Shown here: one piece after another, positions 21,026 through 31,100 of the stretch
Layout: each line of letters opens with the position of its first letter
How positions within the stretch are numbered: the first letter of the stretch is position 1
NCBI GenBank assembly: GCA_051546255.1
Contig: CP128816.1
Span: forward strand, 1,178,001 to 1,242,000
DNA: 64,000 nt
From: Meyerozyma guilliermondii
Lineage: Eukaryota
Direction: 5' to 3'
Translations under genes and position numbers: made by a program
Notes under the pieces: generated by a model
What the model was told of the DNA's origin: nothing
Seen by the model: the letters and a program-made list of their open reading frames with translations, nothing else
Databases searched by the model: none

Positions 21026-21295
21026 TTACTTTGACTTCTTCTTTTCCTGCTTTTCGTTTTTCTCAATCTCCCTTCTGGATCCTTTGACAAGCTCAAGATG
21101 ACCCACTCGAGCAGCAATTAACTTCTCAGTCGATGCAGCTAATTGTCCTTGCTGAACTTTAGAAAGCTTAGCGGCGTGTTTTGCAGTAGCTTTCTTTGGC
21201 TTGATAATCTTAGGAGCCGCTGGTTTCGGATTTTGCCGTTTTTTGGTGACCCTAGCGCTTCCCTTGGCCCTGAGCTTGGTTACACCTTGAGCCAT
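21026..21295 (-). CDS. UPF0390/DUF2462 small basic protein (YLR363W-A/C19orf53-like)
   Basis: MAQG start, Lys-rich, TEKLIAARVGHLELVKG motif. Confidence 0.8.
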   Translation of the reverse strand: MAQGVTKLRAKGSARVTKKRQNPKPAAPKIIKPKKATAKHAAKLSKVQQGQLAASTEKLIAARVGHLELVKGSRREIEKNEKQEKKKSK

Positions 21296-21315
21296 TATCG
21301 CTACTAAAGTTAAAT

Positions 21316-21440
21316 TCGCGATGAGATGGCATGTCCCCCATCCCAACACCCACACTTATCTTGAGGCCGTGGGCCGCGCCCCCGTGCACCCGTAGTCAGA
21401 GTCATCAGCGACTCCGAATAATTTATTCATCTCATCGCGA
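21316..21440. promoter_or_regulatory. Divergent promoter with two inverted PAC elements and a Bas1/Gcn4 site
   Basis: GCGATGAG 21318-21325, CTCATCGC 21431-21438, GAGTCA 21399-21404 upstream of ADE6. Confidence 0.65.
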
Positions 21441-21519
21441 CTCCCTTGGGGAACCATCACAAACTAACAGGTGCACCTTGACTTTCAAGGGCTGAGACCA
21501 ATCGAAAACTACTAGTGAC

Positions 21520-24500
21520 ATGAGTCTGCATCTAGTTTTGGCCGGACCCTCGGCTCTCTCTTCTTTCAGAGTGTCGAACTTGGTTCTGGAGATCGATAAG
21601 AAACTTGGCGAATCAGTCATTGAAGATGTAACTTCTTGTTACACCCACTATGTCTCAATCAAGAAGGAGTTGTCGCAGCAACAGCAAAAGCTTGTGGATG
21701 TTTTGTTGCAGTATGACTCTCCTGTAGGTACCGACGACTTGACGAAATCCTTAGTTGCACTTACCACCGATAAGACGTCATCAATTCCTTCAAACTGTTA
21801 CTTGGTTCGGATTCTTCCTCGTCCAGGAACCATCTCTCCATGGTCGTCCAAGGCTACGGATATCGCCCATATTTGTGGGTTGAAAGACCATGTTGAAAGA
21901 ATTGAAAGAGGTTTGAGTTTGCTCATCAAAGTAAAGCCTGGCTATGATTTCGAATCCAAGTTGGACTCTGAGGGCTCAATCTTGACATGTGTGTTTGATA
22001 GAATGACCCAGAAACTTTACTTGGGCACCAACTCGCCAAAACATGACGATTTGTTTGCTCACCACTACCCCAAACCTCTCGTGGATGTGGATATCATGAG
22101 CGACTCCAACAACTTGTTGAAGGCTAACAAGGAGATGGGATTGGCTTTGGACAAGGGAGAAATCGACTACTTGATTGACGCTTTTGTCAACATCATTGGA
22201 AGAAACCCAACTGACGTGGAGTTGTTCATGTTTGCCCAAGTCAACTCAGAACATTGTCGTCACAAGATTTTCAATGCCGACTGGACTATCGATGGACAAA
22301 AGAAGGACTTGTCCTTGTTCAAGATGATCAGAAACACCCACTCTGTTACTCCCCAACATACAATTTCTGCGTATTCCGATAACGCTGCCGTTTTTGAGGG
22401 CCCTGAAGGTTACCATTTCACACCAGACTTCCTCACAAAAGAATGGAAATCGATCAAAGAACAAGTACACACCTTGGTTAAGGTTGAGACTCACAACCAC
22501 CCCACGGCGGTATCTCCATTTGCCGGTGCTGCTACTGGTTCTGGTGGTGAAATCAGAGACGAAGGTGCGGTTGGACGTGGGTCCAAATCTAAAGCTGGAT
22601 TGTCTGGATTTTCCGTTTCTGATTTGAACATTCCTGGCTTTCAACAGCCATGGGAATTGCAACTCGGAAAACCTCACCACATTGCTGCCAGTTTGGACAT
22701 TATGATCGAAGCACCTATCGGTTCGGCAGCTTTCAACAACGAGTTTGGACGTCCTGCTATCAACGGTTATTTCAGAACGTTGACCACGCAAGTTAAAAAC
22801 CACGAAGGTAAAAGCGAGTACAGAGGCTTCCACAAACCAATTATGTTGGCTGGTGGTATGGGCTCAATTCGTCCTGATTTGGCATTGAAAAATAAAAAGA
22901 TAACTCCTGGTGCCAAATTGATTGTTTTGGGAGGTCCATCTATGCTTATTGGTCTTGGTGGAGGAGCCGCTTCTTCTGTCTCTTCTGGTGAAGGATCTGC
23001 TGATTTGGATTTCGCATCGGTTCAAAGAGGTAACCCAGAGATCCAGCGTAGAGCTCAACAAGTTATCGACTCATGTACCTCTTTGGGTGCTGAATCGAAT
23101 CCTATTCAGTCGATCCATGATGTTGGCGCCGGTGGTCTTTCGAATGCTTTGCCAGAACTTGTGCACGATAATGATCTCGGAGCTATTTTCGAGTTGAGAT
23201 CAATCTTATCTCTTGAGCCTGGTATGTCACCAATGGAGATTTGGTGTAACGAATCTCAGGAAAGATATGTGATGGGTGTTGCACCAGAAGACTTGGAAAC
23301 GTTTGAGCAAATTTGTAAGAGAGAACGTGCGCCATATGCTGTTGTTGGTGACGCTACGGTGGAAAAAAGATTGGTTCTCAAGGATTCCTTACTCAACTCC
23401 ACCCCTATCGACTTATCCATGTCTGTTTTGTTTGGTAAACCTCCTAAAATGTCGAGGACCTGTGTTACTCAGAATTTAAATTTGGATGCTTTCACCACTT
23501 CGGGAATTGAAGTTGACGAAGCTGTAAAGAGAATTTTGCACCTTCCATCAGTTGCTTCCAAAAACTTCTTGATCACCATTGGTGACAGATTCATCACTGG
23601 TTTGGTTGATAGAGAACAAATGGTGGGTCCATGGCAAGTGCCAGTGGCAGATGTTGGTGTCACTGCTACTTCCTTGGGAGAGACCAACTTGTCTACTGGA
23701 GATGCAATGGCTATGGGTGAAAAGCCAACATTGGCGTTGATTTCTGCTGCTGCTTCTGCCAAAATGTGCGTTGCTGAAGCCTTACTCAACGTTTTTGCAG
23801 CCGATATTCCTGCTTTGGAGCGGGTGAAATTGTCTGCCAACTGGATGTCTGCTGCTTCTCACGATGGTGAAGGTGCAAAGTTATACGAAGCTGTTCAAGC
23901 TATTGGCTTGGACTTGTGTCCTGATCTTGGAATTTCTATCCCAGTCGGAAAGGACTCCATGTCCATGAAGATGAAGTGGGATGATAAAGAAGTTACCGCA
24001 CCATTGGCATTGACAATCACTGCCTTTGCTCCTTCTCAGAATACCTCAAACACATGGACCCCAGTGTTACAGCACGAAGACGATACCGTATTGGTGTTAG
24101 TGGACTTGTCCGCGGGACATGAAAAGGCTTTAGGAGGTTCGGCGTTGGCTCAAGTGTACAAACAAGTTGGAAACACTTGTCCAACTGTGCACTCTAATAG
24201 TGAATTGAAGAGCTTTTTGACTTCTTTAATTGCTTTGCATGCGTCTGAAAAGGTGTTGGCATACCATGATGTTTCTGAAGGTGGATTACTCACGACCGTT
24301 TTGGAAATGTGTTTTGCAGGTCGTTGTGGTGTTTCTCTCGACATAACCAGTCAAGCAGACGCCTTGACGGCATTGTTTAACGAGGAACTTGGAGCAGTTT
24401 TCCAAATACGCTCTAACGACTATGATGATTTTGTGTCTATCTTTGAGAAGTCCGGCTTGTCAAAGAGCTTTATCTCCAAAATTGGTGTCCCATCATTTTC

Positions 24501-25530
24501 CAGTCAGGAAGTAAAGGTTGTCGTCAATGAGTCCAAGGTGTACGAGAGCACTAGAGGTGAACTTCAAAGTATGTGGGCAGAAACTTCTTATCAAATCCAA
24601 AAGTTGAGAGACAACCCTGCAACTACAGAACAAGAATTCCAAGCCATCGGTGATGATAAAGACCCTGGATTGAGTTACCAATTGACTTATAGTCCTGGAG
24701 ACGATCTTGCCATTTCCACCTTAACTTCTAAGCACAAGGTTGCCATTTTGAGAGACCAAGGTGTTAACTCACAACAGGAAATGGCATGGTGTTTCCAACA
24801 AGCTGGATTCACTGTGGTGGATGTTCACATGTCGGATATTTTGACTGGCAAGGTCACGTTGAAAGACTTTGTAGGTCTTGCCGCTTGTGGTGGATTCTCA
24901 TACGGTGATGTCTTGGGAGCTGGTGCTGGATGGGCCAAATCTGTTCTTTTCAACGACAGAGCTCGTAAGGAATTCGAACACTTTTTCAAAGAAAGAAACG
25001 ATACCTTTGCCTTTGGTGCATGTAATGGATGTCAATTCTTTAGCAGAGTTGCCGAATTGATACCAGGAACTGAAGAATGGCCAACGTTCGAGCGCAATTT
25101 GTCCGAGCAATATGAGGCAAGATTTGTCATGGTTGAAGTTACTGATGACTCCAGCGACTCTATCTTTTTGAAGGGCATGAAGGGCTCCAAGATGCCTATT
25201 GCCGTGGCTCATGGTGAAGGGCGTGCTACTTTTAAGACTCAAGAGACGAAACAACAATTCACTAAAGATGGTCTTACTGCCGTCAGATATGTTGATAACT
25301 ATGGTCATGCCACCGAGACGTATCCATTCAACCCTAATGGATCACCAGATGGTATTGCCGGAATCAGTTCGAAAAATGGTAGGGTTTTGGCCATGATGCC
25401 TCACCCAGAAAGAGTTTGTAGATTAGAGTCAAACTCTTGGTACCCTACCGAAAAGCGTGAAGAATGGAACAACTATGGACCATGGATCAGGCTATTCAGA
25501 AACGCCAGAAAATGGGTGGAATCCCAATAG
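21520..25530 (+). CDS. ADE6: Phosphoribosylformylglycinamidine synthase
   Basis: NSEHCRHKIF, KVETHNHPTA, GACNGCQ, MMPHPER. Confidence 0.98.
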   Translation: MSLHLVLAGPSALSSFRVSNLVLEIDKKLGESVIEDVTSCYTHYVSIKKELSQQQQKLVDVLLQYDSPVGTDDLTKSLVALTTDKTSSIPSNCYLVRILPRPGTISPWSSKATDIAHICGLKDHVERIERGLSLLIKVKPGYDFESKLDSEGSILTCVFDRMTQKLYLGTNSPKHDDLFAHHYPKPLVDVDIMSDSNNLLKANKEMGLALDKGEIDYLIDAFVNIIGRNPTDVELFMFAQVNSEHCRHKIFNADWTIDGQKKDLSLFKMIRNTHSVTPQHTISAYSDNAAVFEGPEGYHFTPDFLTKEWKSIKEQVHTLVKVETHNHPTAVSPFAGAATGSGGEIRDEGAVGRGSKSKAGLSGFSVSDLNIPGFQQPWELQLGKPHHIAASLDIMIEAPIGSAAFNNEFGRPAINGYFRTLTTQVKNHEGKSEYRGFHKPIMLAGGMGSIRPDLALKNKKITPGAKLIVLGGPSMLIGLGGGAASSVSSGEGSADLDFASVQRGNPEIQRRAQQVIDSCTSLGAESNPIQSIHDVGAGGLSNALPELVHDNDLGAIFELRSILSLEPGMSPMEIWCNESQERYVMGVAPEDLETFEQICKRERAPYAVVGDATVEKRLVLKDSLLNSTPIDLSMSVLFGKPPKMSRTCVTQNLNLDAFTTSGIEVDEAVKRILHLPSVASKNFLITIGDRFITGLVDREQMVGPWQVPVADVGVTATSLGETNLSTGDAMAMGEKPTLALISAAASAKMCVAEALLNVFAADIPALERVKLSANWMSAASHDGEGAKLYEAVQAIGLDLCPDLGISIPVGKDSMSMKMKWDDKEVTAPLALTITAFAPSQNTSNTWTPVLQHEDDTVLVLVDLSAGHEKALGGSALAQVYKQVGNTCPTVHSNSELKSFLTSLIALHASEKVLAYHDVSEGGLLTTVLEMCFAGRCGVSLDITSQADALTALFNEELGAVFQIRSNDYDDFVSIFEKSGLSKSFISKIGVPSFSSQEVKVVVNESKVYESTRGELQSMWAETSYQIQKLRDNPATTEQEFQAIGDDKDPGLSYQLTYSPGDDLAISTLTSKHKVAILRDQGVNSQQEMAWCFQQAGFTVVDVHMSDILTGKVTLKDFVGLAACGGFSYGDVLGAGAGWAKSVLFNDRARKEFEHFFKERNDTFAFGACNGCQFFSRVAELIPGTEEWPTFERNLSEQYEARFVMVEVTDDSSDSIFLKGMKGSKMPIAVAHGEGRATFKTQETKQQFTKDGLTAVRYVDNYGHATETYPFNPNGSPDGIAGISSKNGRVLAMMPHPERVCRLESNSWYPTEKREEWNNYGPWIRLFRNARKWVESQ

Positions 25531-25680
25531 ATGCATTAATAGTAATAAATTACAATTGTATACTGGTTGCAAAAAGCAGAACCTTCAGACCTGCACCTAA
25601 TCGCGGGAATTCTCGCGCGCACGACTGAAAATTTATTGAAAATTTTTGAAAAACTTCTACATCCTCTCATAAACTAAAAA

Positions 25681-26397
25681 ATGGTTAACGCAATTTTGTC
25701 CAAGAAAAGAAAGTTGGTAGCTGATGGTGTCTTCTACGCCGAGTTGAACGAATTCTTCACCAGAGAATTGGCTGAACAAGGTTACGCCGGTGTTGAGGTC
25801 AGAAAGACCCCATCCAAGTTGGAGGTTATTGTCAAGGCTTCCAACACCCAAGGTGTTTTGGGAGAACAAGGACGTAGAATCCACGAGTTGACCTCCTTGA
25901 TTGTCAAGAGATTCAAGTTGTCTCCTGAAGGAATTGTCATCTACGCCGAGAGAATCGAGGAGAGAGGTTTGTCCGCTGCTGTCCAAGCCGAAGCCTTGAA
26001 ATCCAAGTTGTTGAACGGTTTGCCAATGAGAAGAGCCGCCTACGGTGTGTTGAGATTTGCCATGGCTGCTGGTGCTAAGGGTGTGGAGGTTGTCATCTCC
26101 GGTAAATTGAGAGCTGCTAGAGCCAAGTCTCAAAAGTACTCTGACGGTTTCATGATCCACTCTGGTCAACCAACCAACGACTTTATTGACATTGCCATCA
26201 GACACGTGTTGATGAGACAAGGTGTTTTGGGTATCAGAGTCAAGATTATGAAGGACCCAGCTACCGCCAGAGTTGGCCCTAAGGCTTTGCCCGATGCTGT
26301 CTTGATCTCCGAGGCCAAGGATGAGGACGAGGTTGTCCCAGCCCCTACTGTCAAGTCTTACAAGGCTGTTCCAGAGAAGGTTGAGGAGACTGCTTAA
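25681..26397 (+). CDS. RPS3: 40S ribosomal protein S3 (uS3)
   Basis: [24 protein letters not shown]; strong codon bias. Confidence 0.99.
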   Translation: MVNAILSKKRKLVADGVFYAELNEFFTRELAEQGYAGVEVRKTPSKLEVIVKASNTQGVLGEQGRRIHELTSLIVKRFKLSPEGIVIYAERIEERGLSAAVQAEALKSKLLNGLPMRRAAYGVLRFAMAAGAKGVEVVISGKLRAARAKSQKYSDGFMIHSGQPTNDFIDIAIRHVLMRQGVLGIRVKIMKDPATARVGPKALPDAVLISEAKDEDEVVPAPTVKSYKAVPEKVEETA

Positions 26398-26643
26398 GTA
26401 TAATGTTGGTAGTATAATAATATCACTGTCACAAGTCACGTGCAGTTCCAGGGTTTTTTGTGCGCGCTTTTTTGGAAAGCTGTGAGCCTGCATGAACAAA
26501 TTGTCCTTCGGGCCGAGCTCGTTATCGCTCGGTTGGCCGGATTAGTGAGATTGCATCATGCAGCGGCGATTCGGAGTTACCCCGGATGTACATCTCCACT
26601 GCCATATAAAAACACAGGACAAAAACTTTGGACGCCAGTAATT

Positions 26644-26805
26644 ATGCCATCTACTCCTTTGCCACAAGCTACATTTTTGTCTTTATCTTCTGAGGTTTGC
26701 GACCCATTTGTGATTCCAAACATGTCTCCCACAACTCCACAATCATCTCCTGTACTTGCTAGCGAGAATAAACCACGTCAGTTATCTGAAATTCAATTAC
26801 GTTAA
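26644..26805 (+). CDS. SPO24: 53-aa Spo24-like small protein
   Basis: ATFLSLSSEVCDPFVIPNMSP resembles the Spo24 N-terminus (AFLELTSDVSQPFVIPSLSP, recalled); TATAAAA about 40 bp upstream; Cbf1 site GTCACGTG at 26435. Confidence 0.65.
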   Translation: MPSTPLPQATFLSLSSEVCDPFVIPNMSPTTPQSSPVLASENKPRQLSEIQLR

Positions 26806-26867
26806 GCAATAAGGAACATCAATTGCAGTAAGCAATAAAGGAACATTTAAATGCAGTAAGCAACAAA
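26803..26867 (+). repeat. Degenerate ~27-bp tandem repeat (about 2.4 copies)
   Basis: TAAGCAATAAGGAACATCAATTGCAG / TAAGCAATAAAGGAACATTTAAATGCAG / TAAGCAACAAA. Confidence 0.7.
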
Positions 26868-27052
26868 TGATACCCAAGCGACGAATGCTTTACGAGATTG
26901 ATTGCAGATATTTGTGCAAGTTTGGCTTACTTGAATTGCAGCCCACGTTGCAGAGATTATCAATCGGCTTAACGACAATAACGGCATAAATTTGTAAACA
27001 CAGCAGGAATGTGAATATGTACATTTTTATATACAATGAATGATTATGAGAC

Positions 27053-27376
27053 TCAGAAGATTGGGTAGAACTCGTTGTACTTACGAGCATAGTATGTGGA
27101 GGAGACACCACCGAGCACAAGCAATACCAAAGGAACCGGCTTTTTAAATCTGGAAGGAATGGCTCTACCAATTCCAGCAGCGAGTAAAGTGGTGGAGGCA
27201 CCAAGAGCCAATTCCAATCCGTAGTCGGCATTCTGTTTCAACAAGTAACCGGCAACTCCATAAATGATGGAAAAAGTAGTGCCTGCGACCAAAGAAGGCA
27301 TGGATCCCTTACGAGCATAGCCCATGACACCACCGACTGCGCATAATCCTGAGAGGGTAAAAGCTGGATGTTCCAT
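27053..27376 (-). CDS. TMEM14-family small membrane protein (Tmh11/YJR085C-like)
   Basis: MEHPAFTLSGLCAVGGVMGYARKGSMPSLVAG. Confidence 0.88.
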   Translation of the reverse strand: MEHPAFTLSGLCAVGGVMGYARKGSMPSLVAGTTFSIIYGVAGYLLKQNADYGLELALGASTTLLAAGIGRAIPSRFKKPVPLVLLVLGGVSSTYYARKYNEFYPIF

Positions 27377-28132
27377 TTGAGTGATAATTGCTTAGAAATA
27401 GCACCCTCGTTAAATTGGGGGTTGTCGTGGTGTACGGGTGTCGTCATGTGCAAGGACGAGTGAAGGACTGAAGAAATGATAAGGTAGGATCGAGTCAAGG
27501 TTATATCGAGTATAAAGCTACTAATATTCAATAGGCTTTGTCATCAGGCTGCAATTGCATGCAAAATTCAAAATTGCAAAATTGCAAATTCTTACGATGT
27601 TGACTACCCCCAAAACCTACATTATTTATTTCTACGCATTACTGCATTTCCATCTGCTTTCCCACACCCTCCTATCCCTCCTATCTTACACTACCTTCCA
27701 CTTTCTTCCACGATCTACACTATCTTACTTTACACTCCTTGCTTCGAACGCGTGGCCGACCACACCCATTACACCAAACGTCCGCTATGCCGTATACCCT
27801 CCGAAATCACCCCAGTTGGCGTCTAGTTTACAATACTCTTCCGTAAACGTAACTGTATCTCGTCGTATCCTCTCGCTGTCAATCTACCTCCAAATTTTTT
27901 TATTTAAGGTGGTATTCCCTCCGCAACATATTTTTCGCTCTTGGTAAGCACCGGGGTGCAAAGGTTTTCATTGGATCGCTTGATGGCTGAGGGCAACCTA
28001 GAATCTAGTTTTCGCACAAAGCCACATATTCACTTGTCGTAACTCAATTTCCTGGAAGTTTACTTCGATATCATCGTGGAATTTTCTCCTTAGTCGTACT
28101 GGCTGGCGTCACTCTTGAAACTTTCCACCGTG

Positions 28133-31100
28133 ATGAATATCTCGTCAATTCTATCGGACGACAAACCCGACACCGTGTCGACGAACACCCCTGGTTCTCC
28201 TAATGGTCAACCTGCAACTAATGGATACCAACAGGCCCGAAATATGAACGGAATGGTCCATGGTGATGGTTCTATTGGTGTTCCCAATGGTCAAAATGAT
28301 CAACATTTACCTCTAGTTGGTGAACAAATTGAACTGCCTCATAATCCCATCGCCGACGACAAAGCATACCTCGGAACCATACAAGACCGGCTCTCTCGTC
28401 TCAGCAACATCGATTCCAGCATTATCCATCGCAGCCATGGTGCCGTGCTCTCTCAAGATCACCGCCTTGCCACAGCTTTACGGGACGCCCGACCCCAGTC
28501 GTTGGCGGAAAATTATCTAGACCGGGTGGTGGCCGAAGATGGCGTTGTGGCTGGCGCTGGAAATCATCCTACCGTGCTTGAAGGTGCACCCAGTAACCAC
28601 CATGAGTCTTGGGGTCCCACCAGAGAACCTTCTCATGAATACATTTCTCCAGAACAGGTGGATGCTCGTTTCGACGGCGCCTTCCACCTGAGGAAACCGG
28701 GAATTTCCATTGATAAATTGAAGCCAAAGACAAAGAGAAAAGGTGAAAATGATGAGAGTACAGCATCAAAGAGAAGACGGGCCAAAGACTCTTCGTTTTC
28801 GTATGCAGCTACAGATTTCGATGAAGATACCGGAATCGAAGATCAAGATGACGAAGACTCAACCCATCCTGACTCGCTTGGTCAACCCTCATCGGCAGCA
28901 CCCGAATCTGCTACCGATAAAAAGCTCGCGGTCAAAGAGCAAAAGAGCATTGCCAAACAATATGACAATACCTATGTGGCCATCTGGAAAGATCTTGCTC
29001 GTAAGGATGGTCCTAAGGCCAGCAGGCTCTTGCTGCTGCTGCTGCAAACCAAAGCTATAAACTTGAAGAAAACCGCCATTTTGGCTGCTCGCGAGGCCAA
29101 GAGATGGCAGCTCAAAAATAACAAAAATCAAAAGGATCTTACTACAAAGGCCAGAAGAGCTATGAGGGAGATGTTCAATTTCTGGAAGAGGAACGAGCGC
29201 ATGGAAAGAGAACTCAAAAAGAAATACGAGAAGGAACTCATCGATAAAGCAAAGCGTGAAGAAGAAGAAAGAGAAGCTAAGCGTCAACTGCGGAAACTCA
29301 ATTTTCTTATCACCCAAACTGAGTTATACTCTCATTTCATTGGTAAGAAGATCAAGACAGACGAAATCGAAGGCGCCGATCGAGATCCTACGCTTTCGAG
29401 TCCACCTGCCTCCACTGGTAATTATGATCTTGATACTGGAAATAATGTTAAAACTGACTTCCATGCCATTGATTTCGACAATGAAGATGAGGATGCATTG
29501 AGAAGAACCGCAGCTGCAAATGCCCAAAGCGCACTCGAAGCTACCAGATCGAAAGCTAAGGCGTTTGATGATCCAGATACCAACCATGATGAGATGAACT
29601 TTCAAAATCCTACCCTTATGGGCGATATAAACATCGAACAACCAAAACTTCTCAAATGTCAATTGAAGGAGTATCAATTGAAAGGACTAAATTGGCTCGC
29701 TAATCTTTATGACCAGGGTATCAATGGTATTCTTGCCGACGAAATGGGGTTGGGAAAAACAGTGCAGAGTATATCTGTGCTTGCATATTTGGCCGAGCAC
29801 CACAATATTTGGGGTCCCTTCTTTGTGGTAACTCCATCGTCTACTCTTCACAATTGGCAACAGGAGATTGCTAGGTTTGTACCTGAGTTCAAAGTATTGC
29901 CTTACTGGGGTAATGCAAAAGATAGAAAGATCTTGAGAAAATTCTGGGACAGAAAGCTGTTGAGATATGGAAAGGATGCTCCATTCCATGTGTTGGTGAC
30001 ATCTTACCAATTGGTTGTTGCCGATGCTGCCTACTTCCAAAAGATGAAATGGCAATACATGATCCTTGATGAAGCCCAAGCAATTAAATCTTCACAGTCA
30101 TCAAGGTGGAAAACGTTACTTTCGTTCTCATGTCGTAACCGTCTTCTCTTGACGGGTACTCCAATCCAGAACTCTATGCAAGAATTATGGGCGTTATTGC
30201 ACTTTATCATGCCTTCTCTTTTCGATTCGCATGATGAGTTTTCGGAATGGTTCTCCAAGGACATAGAAAGCCATGCACAATCGAACACACAACTCAACGA
30301 GCAGCAGTTACGCCGTCTTCATGTTATCTTGAAACCGTTTATGTTGCGTCGTATCAAGAAGAATGTGCAAAGTGAACTTGGTGACAAGGTCGAAATTGAC
30401 ATCTTCTGTGACTTGACCAACAGACAGAAGAAGTATTATCAAATGCTCAAATCTCAAATTTCCATTAGGGATATTCTCGAATCCGCTAGCTCCTCCAACG
30501 ACGACTCGCAATCTTTGATGAACTTGGTTATGCAATTTAGAAAAGTGTGTAACCATCCAGATCTTTTTGAGCGAGCGGACGTGAAGTCGCCATTCTTGTT
30601 TGGTCGGTTTGCTGAGACGGGGTCTTTCTTGCGGGAATCAGACCTTGAGCTTCAGTATTCCACAGAGAGCGATCTTCAGTTTTCGATCCCTAAAATTGTG
30701 GCAGAGGAACTTTTAGTTCCTGGAGAGAATAATTTTGTGGGCTCAAAGAAAAAATTGTTAAGCATGTTCAACATATACGACCCTGCCAACAGTAGCGAAG
30801 AAAATTACAATTGGCTTCGTTTTGTCAACACCTCACCATCTGACTTGAACAAGATGGCGAAGAAGGGAATAATAGAGCGGGCAGCTGATTTCAAAGAGTA
30901 CACTGACATAAATTATGAAAAAGAGAACCGTTTGGAATACGTCTACGGAAAGGATTTCGAACCTCGACAACTGAAGCTTTTGATATCGAACCGGTATAAC
31001 AATCATGCACTTATTGATAACTCTCAGAACCTCAAGGAATTATACTCCATCAAGTCCAAAGTCTACGAGGATATTTATGCCAACGTTATGCATCGTGCTG

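Noticed and set aside
25657..26499. 280-aa antisense ORF over RPS3 (also the antisense ORFs over ADE6, ARC1 and others)
   Set aside because: Shadow frames expected from biased codon usage; no recognisable protein features
27555..27947. 130-aa ORF upstream of INO80
   Set aside because: Non-ATG start and pyrimidine-rich promoter-like composition; no motif
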